From Thermodesulfobacteriota bacterium (GTDB lineage Bacteria; Desulfobacterota; Binatia; Bin18): a stretch of 64,000 nucleotides of DNA. This document shows positions 51,031 through 59,302 of this stretch, in pieces (the first letter of the stretch is position 1; each line of letters begins with the position of its first letter). Under the pieces are notes generated by a model. The model did no database searches. It saw nothing but the letters and a program-made list of their open reading frames with translations, and was not told the DNA's origin. The stretch lies in the NCBI GenBank assembly GCA_964291405.2, contig OZ219926.1, positions 672,001-736,000 of the forward strand, given 5' to 3'. Made by a program: the position numbers and the translations under genes.

Positions 51031-51495
51031 TTACTCTTCGACCCCGAGTGGAGAGAAATGCAGCCCAACCAGGACCCATTTCCCATCTCTTTTTGCGTAG
51101 GTGAATGTATATCGACCATGGATTACCTCTCGCGGCCCAACAGCTGGCACCTCGGTATTCGTAAAATGCCCCCAGGCCAAGGCACTCGCGCCGATAATGC
51201 GGAATTCGGGATTAATCGGCGTCAAGACAACCCGTTCGCTATCGGCAAAGAATCCTTCCAGCATTTCCGTTATGGCTACTTTGCCCCTAACGGCAAAGGG
51301 CGACAGCATGCCGAATAGCACCACATCATCATGCGCGTTCGTAGCAAAAGCCGATGCATCCTTGGCATTAAAACGCTTCATATCGGCGTTAAAGGCCGTT
51401 CTCACATCATCCAAGTCATCTCCATAGGCTGCTCCGGTTACGCACAAGAACAGCAACGCAATACCAGCGACAATTCCTCGCTTCTCGTAAACCAT
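51031..51495 (-). CDS. Secreted SnoaL/NTF2-like protein (paralog of the neighbour)
   Basis: AGGAGG RBS; signal peptide; HDDVVLFG..SPF..GK..AWG..YTFTY..WVLVGLHFSPL. Confidence 0.8.
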   Translation of the reverse strand: MVYEKRGIVAGIALLFLCVTGAAYGDDLDDVRTAFNADMKRFNAKDASAFATNAHDDVVLFGMLSPFAVRGKVAITEMLEGFFADSERVVLTPINPEFRIIGASALAWGHFTNTEVPAVGPREVIHGRYTFTYAKRDGKWVLVGLHFSPLGVEE

Positions 51496-51636
51496 GCGTC
51501 CTCCTTTCTGTCGGATCATTTTTCTTCCCCTGAGGTTTGTAAATATGAAAAAGGACGAAAACGCAAGGGTGACAGTGTATCCAATGGCCACTACAACGAA
51601 TGGAGCCGGACATTGCCGGAAACAAAAGAAAGAAAG

Positions 51637-51711
51637 CGCGCCCTGGAGGATTCGAACCTCCGACCTACAGATTCGTAGTCTGCCGCTCTATCCGGACTGA
51701 GCTAAGGGCGC
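51637..51711 (-). tRNA. tRNA-Arg(ACG)
   Basis: GCGCCCT..AGGGCGCG acceptor stem, anticodon arm GCAGA-CT ACG AA-TCTGT, TTCGAAT T loop. Confidence 0.97.
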
Positions 51712-51792
51712 GCAGGTGGGAAAACGTGGGAACAATTCGGCAGAGCCCCTTCCTTACCACACGTAGGAAGGAAACCGCAACGTCGATCAGAA

Positions 51793-51881
51793 CGGAGAGG
51801 GAGGGATTCGAACCCTCGGTACGCGGTTAAACGTACACTCGCTTAGCAGGCGAGCGCCTTCGACCACTCGGCCACCTCTCC
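51793..51881 (-). tRNA. tRNA-Ser(GCT)
   Basis: GGAGAGG..CCTCTCCG acceptor stem, anticodon arm CTCGC-CT GCT AA-GCGAG, long variable arm. Confidence 0.97.
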
Positions 51882-51900
51882 GTATCAATGTGAGCTGCCG

Positions 51901-51929
51901 ATAGTATCGATTCCTTCTCCTACGCGCAA
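51901..51929 (-). promoter_or_regulatory. Sigma70-type promoter for the tRNA-Ser/tRNA-Arg operon
   Basis: TTGCGC-17 nt-TACTAT ending 20 nt upstream of tRNA-Ser. Confidence 0.6.
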
Positions 51930-51979
51930 CGATGCCGCTTTATGTTATCGATAAATCTCTGTACCAGGGTATTGACAAT

Positions 51980-52006
51980 TGAAATTGAAAATGATTTTCA
52001 ATTTCA
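51980..52006. promoter_or_regulatory. Fur-type operator (extended palindrome)
   Basis: TGAAATTGAAAA-TGA-TTTTCAATTTCA, 12-3-12 perfect palindrome with core TGAAAATGATTTTCA, just after TTGACA (51972-51977) and ending 3 nt before the ATG at 52010. Confidence 0.85.
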
Positions 52007-52009
52007 TCT

Positions 52010-52258
52010 ATGAACGAAACAGGCCAACCTTCCAAGTCTGTTACCGATGTTCACGTTGTTTATGAATGTCGGTGTCCGTGCGGCAGTCTGTTAGCCAGGC
52101 AGAACACTGACGGCATAGAACTCAAGTGTCGCCGCTGCAAGCGCGTTGTTTTCATCCCCTGGGAGACCCCTTCGACATGGCAGAGTGTCACAACGCAGTC
52201 ACCCGAGGGACAGGCAGAACAATGCGAACCTGGACAAAAAAATGGACGGCCCCAATGA
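52010..52258 (+). CDS. Small zinc-ribbon protein, Mu Com-like
   Basis: ECRCPCGSLLA..GIELKCRRCKR resembles the Com pattern RC..C.KLL...IEIKCPRC. Confidence 0.65.
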   Translation: MNETGQPSKSVTDVHVVYECRCPCGSLLARQNTDGIELKCRRCKRVVFIPWETPSTWQSVTTQSPEGQAEQCEPGQKNGRPQ

Positions 52259-52294
52259 AGCGACCGCCCACGAAAACACCAAGCGAGGTAGAAG

Positions 52295-52756
52295 TTATTT
52301 CACTCGACGAAGCGTGACCTCAGGCTCAACATTTTTCGTTTCCACCATGCCCAGGTACATCTCCAATTCTTCAATGTCCTCCTGCTCCCCTTCGATATGG
52401 TTCTCAAGCATGGAGCGTAGCGCGACATTGCCTTCGGCCAGGGCATGGGCTTCCAGATACGCCTGCATGGCTTCTTTTTCGAGCGCCAAGTCCTGCTGTA
52501 GCATTTCTTCCAGGTCGGTTGACTGGTGCACCGTCGTCCCAATCTCAACTGAGGGGACACCACCCAGGGAAACGATCTTTTGGCCAAACGTATGGGCATG
52601 GGACAGCGCGGTCTTGCTTTGGCCTTCAAAAAAATCAGCAAAAACCTTACGCCACAGACCGTTCACGAGGAGGGCATGCTGCTGGTATTGGAGGGTCGCG
52701 GCGTGTTCAAGGGAAATGGCTTTGTTCAACGCGGTAATAACTTTTTGGGTATCCAT
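52295..52756 (-). CDS. Ferritin-like (bacterioferritin-related) protein
   Basis: ALNKAISLEHAATLQYQQH..HA..KIVSLGGVP..EMLQQDLALE..Y four-helix pattern; AAGGAGG RBS. Confidence 0.85.
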   Translation of the reverse strand: MDTQKVITALNKAISLEHAATLQYQQHALLVNGLWRKVFADFFEGQSKTALSHAHTFGQKIVSLGGVPSVEIGTTVHQSTDLEEMLQQDLALEKEAMQAYLEAHALAEGNVALRSMLENHIEGEQEDIEELEMYLGMVETKNVEPEVTLRRVK

Positions 52757-52802
52757 GAGAGACCTCCTTGGTTACGAAAATTAATCAACCAACGATGAAT
52801 AC

Positions 52803-52831
52803 ACTATACACATCCGCATGACCCTTGTCAA
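52803..52831 (-). promoter_or_regulatory. Sigma70 promoter of the ferritin-like gene
   Basis: TTGACA-17 nt-TATAGT. Confidence 0.8.
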
Positions 52832-52864
52832 CCCTAAGTTATTGATTTTATTGAGGAATTGATT

Positions 52865-52916
52865 TTGAAAATCGTTTTCAATTAAGTACCGAAACGATTT
52901 TGAAATTCACTTTCAA
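52865..52916. promoter_or_regulatory. Two Fur-type boxes in the divergent intergenic region
   Basis: TTGAAAATCGTTTTCAA (52865-52881) and TTGAAATTCACTTTCAA (52900-52916). Confidence 0.8.
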
Positions 52917-52999
52917 TATGACCCGAATAACGCTCTATAGCCCGGATAACAGACCTACGACAGAGATAATCGAACAGACAAAAAGGAAGGGAGAGACTG

Positions 53000-53236
53000 A
53001 TGAGACACAATGAGAAAGGCGGGCAAGACCTACAGGATCAATTTGCGAAGGTCTTTACCAATGACGCCGGTATTACGGCGCGCGTCTGCCCACAAGGACA
53101 TGTCTATCTTCAGGTGGGACACACCTGCATTTCGTTCCGTAAAGAGCACTTTGTGGACTTGGCTCAGGTCGTCCACGCGGCAGAACGACATATCTTAGAG
53201 ACCAGCTCCCATTGGAGCTCGCACACACAACATTAG
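53000..53236 (+). CDS. Small Cys/His protein (paralog 1)
   Basis: AGGAAGGGAG RBS; TARVCPQGHVYLQVG..ISF....F; ends in His. Confidence 0.7.
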   Translation: MRHNEKGGQDLQDQFAKVFTNDAGITARVCPQGHVYLQVGHTCISFRKEHFVDLAQVVHAAERHILETSSHWSSHTQH

Positions 53237-53365
53237 AGCGCTACGACAATCGACGATGCTGTAACAAAACACTCAACAACCTTCCCTGAGCATACAGCGG
53301 CCCGCGGTCCCAACCCAGAGCCCAGCGCAAAACGCACTCGGGTATCCGTTTCATCGGAGGGTAGA

Positions 53366-53650
53366 ATGTTCCGCGACCCGTTCATTGCTGAAGCTTGGCA
53401 ACTCCGTCACCAAGCAAACCTCGTTCCTTTCCACGTCTTCCTGTCGGCAGCCGTGTGGCTGGAAGAGCGCTATCAGCGTTCCCCATCGGCTCAGACCGCT
53501 CGCAGCATTGCTTTCCACTATTTACTGCTGGCCATGCGTCCGAACTTGGCGTCTGTCCACATGGCTGAGGAGTATGCTGCCCGTGCGGTCCGCTGGCGAG
53601 AACGGGCTGGAGAAGCGTTCACGCCTGAGCAGGCTCTCTTCTTACAATAA
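53366..53650 (+). CDS. Small helical hypothetical protein
   Basis: GGAGGG RBS; 94 aa; followed by the GTCCCTA/TAGGGAC hairpin. Confidence 0.6.
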   Translation: MFRDPFIAEAWQLRHQANLVPFHVFLSAAVWLEERYQRSPSAQTARSIAFHYLLLAMRPNLASVHMAEEYAARAVRWRERAGEAFTPEQALFLQ

Positions 53651-54008
53651 CAGTGGGGGGAGTCCTCCTCCCAAGGTCCCTAGAGCGTGTTAGGGACTTC
53701 TGGTAACCTCTTGATTTTAGTATTTTTCACGAGATCGCCCAAGACCACTCTGAGGGAGCTCCTGAATCATCCTCCGAGGAAAATGAATCGCCTAGGGATC
53801 CCTCCTCCCTAGGGACCCCCTCCCTCCTTCTCTTATCGAACGGAGGCGTGAACAGAGACGGGCGAGCAAAACAACGTCGTGCAGAAAAAGGAGCGTACAG
53901 AATGGCTGGGCCGTAACATTTCACCAAGAGTAACGTACCGGGAATCCCGCCAGCTCTGACCGGGCAGGCGGACAACACAACAGCAGACACAAACAAGGAG
54001 CACACAGA

Positions 54009-55673
54009 ATGACCGCATCTCAACCTTTCACCATATCGACTTGGAAATGGCTGCTCGGTCTGAGCGTTTTTTTTCTCGCCCTACTTATCAGCGTGCCGAG
54101 TTTTGCCCGGATTGTCGTGACACTCGAAAATCCAGGCCAGGGAGACACGGCCTCGGGTGTGACCGCGATTTCGGGCTGGACCTATTCGACTGAAGGCGCA
54201 GACGTGACTGTCAAACTGCGTCTGAACGGAGAAACAGGCGAAGAGATCCCGTGCTGTGGTCCACGTGAGGATGTCAAATATGCTCTCTCGGACGCCCCAC
54301 TGGAAACCGGCTTTGGGCTGTTATTCAACTATGGGCGGCTTCCAGCCGGGGTCCATACCGTTGGCGTAGAAGTCAGCGCCGGCGAAGAAATCATGGTCGT
54401 CGATCATGCCGTCACCGTCGTTGTCCCCGCTGATTCTGAATTTCTCAGCGCCGTTGATCTCAGCGGGGCTTCGGCCAGCATTGAGGGGGACAAAATTGTC
54501 GTGAGCGGGGTTGAAGTCACGGATAAAGACAGTGGTGATATGATGACCGTCGATGTCGACCTCAACTATAAGACCGGTCTGCAGTCCTTTCAGGTCACGG
54601 AAGCGCAAGGGCCTGCTGGTGACCTGCATGTAGACGAAATCTTGATGGATGTCGCCCACGCCATTTTCGCCACCTATGACGCCCTGAATATGGCGGCGCA
54701 CGACCCGGATGCGGCGGGCGGCAGAGAGGTGAACGTGGACACCCTGTCCTCAGCAGTCTTTTCCTTGGTCGGGGTAAGTGCTGCTAGCGAGGCTGATGCT
54801 ATTGCCCTGTTGCCCGCCGTCCAACATGCCTGGCGGGATGCGCGTGTCCCCTGGGAGCAGAGCGAGGCGTTTCTGTTCGGGCCGGTGGACACGGACGAAC
54901 ACGACCCCTTCCTGGACACCTGGCCACTTAACGTCACTGACCTCGAAGCCATCATCGCGTCCAACGCTGACATTGATGCCGTCGAGCTTACTGATGACGT
55001 TCAGGGCTTCCATGCCCTGGAATATCTGCTGTTCCAGGATATGAACGGCAACACCGACTCAGCCGCGATTGTGAATGCCCTCCACACCGACCCACGCAGG
55101 AGAGCCTACATGCGGAGGGTGATGGGGGAGTTTACCAATCACACCCAGGCACTTCGCGACAGTTGGGATCCCGATATGGGGAATTTCGTGGCGGAACTTG
55201 CCATGGCTGGCCACGGCAGTCCCCGTATGACCTACGGCAGCGAGAGAGCGGCCATGCAAACGCTGCTCGAAGCCATGATAGGGATTGCTGCCGAGCTGCA
55301 TGACGCCAAACTGGGGGCCTCAAGCCCCGCTGAAGAAGAGTCGCGCTTCAGCAACAACTCCAGGATCGACTTCCTCAACAACGTGCGCAGTATCAACAAC
55401 GTCTATGAGGGCCGTTTTGATCAGAGCGACAGCACCTCGATGGGGGTGACGGATTTTGTCGCCAATAAAAACCCGGCCCTGGACGCGGAGGTCCGAATGG
55501 CAATCCGTGATGCCAAGGCGGCTATCATCGCCATCCCGGAGCCCTTTGGACAGAGCATCACCGCCCATCCCGATGCTGTCGCAAATGCTATCCAAGCCGC
55601 CATGGCATTGGAGACGAAGCTGGTAGAGGTTCTTGACGCTGTCAATGCGGCGGATTTCGGCCACGACCACTAA
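54009..55673 (+). CDS. Imelysin-family (IrpA-like) iron-uptake protein with extra N-terminal domain
   Basis: AWRDAR..WEQSEAFLFGP, LDTWP, GFHALEYLLF (GxHxxE), EESRFSNNS; signal peptide; AAGGAG RBS. Confidence 0.9.
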   Translation: MTASQPFTISTWKWLLGLSVFFLALLISVPSFARIVVTLENPGQGDTASGVTAISGWTYSTEGADVTVKLRLNGETGEEIPCCGPREDVKYALSDAPLETGFGLLFNYGRLPAGVHTVGVEVSAGEEIMVVDHAVTVVVPADSEFLSAVDLSGASASIEGDKIVVSGVEVTDKDSGDMMTVDVDLNYKTGLQSFQVTEAQGPAGDLHVDEILMDVAHAIFATYDALNMAAHDPDAAGGREVNVDTLSSAVFSLVGVSAASEADAIALLPAVQHAWRDARVPWEQSEAFLFGPVDTDEHDPFLDTWPLNVTDLEAIIASNADIDAVELTDDVQGFHALEYLLFQDMNGNTDSAAIVNALHTDPRRRAYMRRVMGEFTNHTQALRDSWDPDMGNFVAELAMAGHGSPRMTYGSERAAMQTLLEAMIGIAAELHDAKLGASSPAEEESRFSNNSRIDFLNNVRSINNVYEGRFDQSDSTSMGVTDFVANKNPALDAEVRMAIRDAKAAIIAIPEPFGQSITAHPDAVANAIQAAMALETKLVEVLDAVNAADFGHDH

Positions 55674-55756
55674 CCGCACGATTGCAGGACCAATGAGCCG
55701 GAGTGGGGTGATCCCGCTCCGGCTACCAAGACAGGGCCTCACATTGGGAACAGTTC

Positions 55757-57640
55757 ATGCAGAAACCTCGCTTTGTCGTCTTCACCCTCACGTTGGTCAC
55801 CCTGTGTGTCTCCGTCTTCTTCCGGCATTCCTCGGCCTGGGCCACTATTACCGCGACCCTGGAAAACCCGCCCGACGGAGAACACATGTCCGGCATTCAT
55901 ACCATCTCGGGCTGGGCGTATAGCGATACGGGCGCGCCGGTCAGTGTCCGGCTGCGCATTGACGGCGAACTCCGGGAAACGATTCCGTGTTGCGGGGAAC
56001 GCAACGATGTTCAGGCCGTTTTTCCGGACGCCCCTTTGGCCACATCTTTCAGTTTGTTGTTCAATTACGGCCGGCTCAGCGCCGGGGTACATATCATTGG
56101 AATTGAGGTCCAGGCCGCTGGTGAGACCACAGTGGTTCTGGATCACGCTGTGGCGGTCGTCAAACCGGGGGACGTGGAGTTTGTGGAGACGATGGATATG
56201 ACGGCCGCCACTGTCCGCATTGAGGACAACGAGCTGCTGATAGCCGATGCGCTTGTCGAGCATATCCCGACTGACCTGCGTCTCAAATATGCCACCAGCC
56301 TCCAATCGCCGCTCCTCGTTGAAGCCAGGCCGAGCGGAGCCGATGGCAGCCAGAGCGCGGCCCTGGCCGGCGGAGCCACCACGCTTTTTGATGCCTCCAG
56401 CCAGGCGTTTGAGATGCCGGCACCGAATCTTGAGGGGGCACGGCTGGATAAGCATCTGGCTGGAGATGTCGCTTTTGGAGATAGTTTTGTCACCGCTCCT
56501 GCTCCGATCTTCAGCGGGCTGGGACCCATCTTCAATAATACTGCCTGCGATAGCTGCCATCCAAAAAACGGCCGCGGACGACCGCCGCGAGACGGCGAAC
56601 GCATGGCCTCCATGTTTCTTCGGGTCAGCCTGCCCGGCACCGATCCCTTGACGGGCGGTCCTCTGGCGGTCCCCGGTATGGGCACGCAGTTCCAGCACCT
56701 GGCCAACTTTGGAGTGCCGCCCGAAGGCGATGTTGTTATCAGCGAAGAGTTCAGCGACGGCATGTTTGGCGCTGGCGAGGCGTTTGAGTTGCGCCGTCTG
56801 CACTTTCAGATCGAGAATCCCGCCCAGCCGATTCCGGATACGGTTCTCACTTCACCACGGGTGGCTCTGCCAGTCTTTGGGCGGGGTCTGCTTGAAGCGA
56901 TTGATGAGGACACGATTCTCGGCTTAGCGGACGAGGACGACGCGGACGGCGATGGCATCTCGGGTCGGCCCAATTGGGTCTGGGACGTGGTGCGGCAGCG
57001 AACAGCGCTCGGACGCTTTGGCTGGAAGGCCAATAATCCAACCCTCTTGCAGCAAACCTTTACCGCCTACAACCAGGACATGGGCGTGACCAACCCCTTC
57101 CTTCCCCAAGAAAGCGCATTTGGTCAGATCCAGGATGACGGCTTGGCGGATGACCCTGAGATTGATCTGGAAACGGTTGATGTCGCCACTTTTTATATCC
57201 AGACACTCGCCGTGCCCGCCCGCCGCAACCTCGACGATCCGCAGGTACAGCAGGGAGAAGACCTCTTTCATGAGGCGCAGTGCACGGGCTGTCATATTCC
57301 CACTATCCGAACCGGCGTCTTAGCCGGGGTGCCGGAAGTGTCCAACCAGACCATTCATCCCTACACCGACCTGCTCCTGCACGACATGGGAGACGGCCTG
57401 GCGGATGGCCGGCCGGATTTTGTCGCAACCGGCCGGGAATGGCGGACACCGCCGTTGTGGGGCATCGGCCTGACCCTGCGCGCCCAAGGTCACACCCTGT
57501 TCCTGCACGATGGTCGGGCGCGCAATCTCACAGAGGCCATTCTGTGGCATGGCGGAGAAGCCGAAGCCGCCCGGGAGGCTTTCCGCCTGATGACCCTGGG
57601 CGAGCGCGAGGCATTATTCACCTTTCTGGAGTCGCTATAG
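55757..57640 (+). CDS. Di-heme oxidoreductase family (DUF1111) protein with extra N-terminal domain
   Basis: GLGPIFN..CDSCH, GRFGWKA, CTGCH, PYTDLLLHDMG, WRTPPLWG, LHDGRAR..EAILWHGGE. Confidence 0.92.
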   Translation: MQKPRFVVFTLTLVTLCVSVFFRHSSAWATITATLENPPDGEHMSGIHTISGWAYSDTGAPVSVRLRIDGELRETIPCCGERNDVQAVFPDAPLATSFSLLFNYGRLSAGVHIIGIEVQAAGETTVVLDHAVAVVKPGDVEFVETMDMTAATVRIEDNELLIADALVEHIPTDLRLKYATSLQSPLLVEARPSGADGSQSAALAGGATTLFDASSQAFEMPAPNLEGARLDKHLAGDVAFGDSFVTAPAPIFSGLGPIFNNTACDSCHPKNGRGRPPRDGERMASMFLRVSLPGTDPLTGGPLAVPGMGTQFQHLANFGVPPEGDVVISEEFSDGMFGAGEAFELRRLHFQIENPAQPIPDTVLTSPRVALPVFGRGLLEAIDEDTILGLADEDDADGDGISGRPNWVWDVVRQRTALGRFGWKANNPTLLQQTFTAYNQDMGVTNPFLPQESAFGQIQDDGLADDPEIDLETVDVATFYIQTLAVPARRNLDDPQVQQGEDLFHEAQCTGCHIPTIRTGVLAGVPEVSNQTIHPYTDLLLHDMGDGLADGRPDFVATGREWRTPPLWGIGLTLRAQGHTLFLHDGRARNLTEAILWHGGEAEAAREAFRLMTLGEREALFTFLESL

Positions 57641-57796
57641 AGGTCAACATGCAGCGAACAAGCGCGCCACATATCTATGGAATATCAAGTTGCAGGGGGG
57701 AGGCTGCCTTCCCTGCCGCAGGCCCTGGGGTTTTCCTACCCCAACCCTGGGGCCTGCTCCCCTCGGGCTGACATTTCGGACTAAATGAGGATTAGT

Positions 57797-58201
57797 ATGG
57801 TACGAAAAAGCGTATCCTCCCGCAGACGGCAGACTGGCTATCTCAGCGCCCGTGCCATGCTCTTGCTCTCCGAATACAGCCTGATCGTCTTTCTCTTGTG
57901 GGCGGTCGCTGTCGAGCAGACCAAATCCACCCGGCCATCAGTTGGTCAGCGACCCGGAGCCGCAGAGAGGTCGCTGAGCAGCGTAGCCTATGCAGCTCTC
58001 CCGTCCCATTTATCGCCGGCACAACACATGCCCACACAGTGGCAATGTCAGCCGGCTGAAATCTCTGGGCAACTTCATGGCGTGCCCCAGGTTGATCTGT
58101 GTCCCGACCCTGGCGTGCCCATCCAAATCGGCATGCTCCGTTTACACGTCTGTCAGCGCGACTTTTTTCAGATAGCCCAGGCTATTAGCAGCCGTGGCTG
58201 A
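57797..58201 (+). CDS. Membrane-anchored or decayed protein with C-terminal small Cys/His-type domain (paralog 2)
   Basis: GAGGA RBS; hydrophobic segment; C-terminal QVDLCPDPGVPIQIG..RLHV....F aligns with paralogs 1 and 3. Confidence 0.4.
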   Translation: MVRKSVSSRRRQTGYLSARAMLLLSEYSLIVFLLWAVAVEQTKSTRPSVGQRPGAAERSLSSVAYAALPSHLSPAQHMPTQWQCQPAEISGQLHGVPQVDLCPDPGVPIQIGMLRLHVCQRDFFQIAQAISSRG

Positions 58202-58265
58202 AACAGCGACACCGCTGAACAAAACAAACCCGGACCATGGTCCCCAAGAATAAAGGAGAACGAGT

Positions 58266-58469
58266 ATGTATGACACGCACCTATGGCAAACGCCGGATAA
58301 ACGCATCACTGTTTCTTTGTGTTCCGAAGGCTGTCTTCATGTCATGGTGGGCCGGGCCATCATTAAAATGACCCCGGAAGAATTCTTTGCTCTACAAACC
58401 GTGGTAGCCAAGGCGGCCCAGGATTTGCGGAATTCGCCCGTCCCCCAGCAAGACTCGGTAGGCCATTAA
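58266..58469 (+). CDS. Small Cys/His protein (paralog 3)
   Basis: AAGGAG RBS; TVSLCSEGCLHVMVG..IKM..EEF; ends in His. Confidence 0.7.
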   Translation: MYDTHLWQTPDKRITVSLCSEGCLHVMVGRAIIKMTPEEFFALQTVVAKAAQDLRNSPVPQQDSVGH

Positions 58470-58543
58470 GAGCGGTGATACGCTCGGAAGCGATCTACAG
58501 GCCCCAATAACCAACGATATCCGTCAGAATAGGGTCAGTGCGT

Positions 58544-59302
58544 TCAAATCAATCTCGGCAATATGGCGCGCCGTTGCAAAGGATAATTCTCAAACGTCTC
58601 ATGATACCATGCGTGGCGCCAGAGTGCCCTCGGCACCATGTTTGCAATCGTCCACAGGGCAAACGCGAGGCCCGGCAGCGACCAGCTCAACAGTGCGAAG
58701 CCGACCCATTCGATTATTTCGCCCAGCAGATTGGGGCACGACACGAGATTGAAAACACCGCCGCGGGGAATGACGTATTTGCCATCGTTATCCATACGCA
58801 ATCGCCGGAGACGATAGTCAGACCAGATATTTAACATGCCCCCGCTTATTGCCAACGTCAGACCGATGGCAAATCGCGGGTCAGTCACCCAATCGTTGGC
58901 ATACTCGGCGATGTATCCCATAGACCATCCCCATAAGCCGCCATTGAGTACATTGAAAACTATGCCGGACACGCACAGCATGACTCGCATCTTGCTATCG
59001 CGTCGTGGAACAATCCACGGCCATATCAGCGCTCGATGGGTGTAGTGCGCGACCCACAGAGCGACCACTGTATTGCCGACAAAATGGTGGTGCGGACTGA
59101 AAAAGTATATGCCCGGGAAGGTAAGTAGCGCGGGCGCCTCCATTACAAACCAACCCCAGCGGCTGTTGATACGAGGCCCGATACCTGTGCCCCCAACGCG
59201 CTCCACCGGGTCCCACTTCATCAAACCCGCGATCAGTACCAACGGCGACAGCCCCACCCAAATCCCGGCGAGGATCTCAAATGAGGGAAATTCCCCGCTC
59301 AC
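58544..59302 (-). CDS. 3-oxo-5-alpha-steroid 4-dehydrogenase (steroid 5-alpha-reductase) family protein
   Basis: GWFVMEAP, HYTHRA, NIWSDYRL..LR..Y.IP.GG.F..VSCPN..GEIIEW.G, RA..HAWY..F..YP..R.A. Confidence 0.9.
   Translation of the reverse strand: MSGEFPSFEILAGIWVGLSPLVLIAGLMKWDPVERVGGTGIGPRINSRWGWFVMEAPALLTFPGIYFFSPHHHFVGNTVVALWVAHYTHRALIWPWIVPRRDSKMRVMLCVSGIVFNVLNGGLWGWSMGYIAEYANDWVTDPRFAIGLTLAISGGMLNIWSDYRLRRLRMDNDGKYVIPRGGVFNLVSCPNLLGEIIEWVGFALLSWSLPGLAFALWTIANMVPRALWRHAWYHETFENYPLQRRAILPRLI

Noticed and set aside
53482-53492. 11-nt match (CCCATCGGCTC) to the tRNA-Ala 3' end as a possible att site
   Set aside because: Too short, inside a probable CDS, no integrase, and housekeeping genes lie between the two copies.
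53727-54023. 98-aa minus-strand ORF in the imelysin leader
   Set aside because: No convincing RBS or motif and overlaps the imelysin start; the region looks like structured non-coding sequence.
57649-57771. Short ORF after the di-heme gene
   Set aside because: Runs through two strong GC hairpins and has low-complexity translation.
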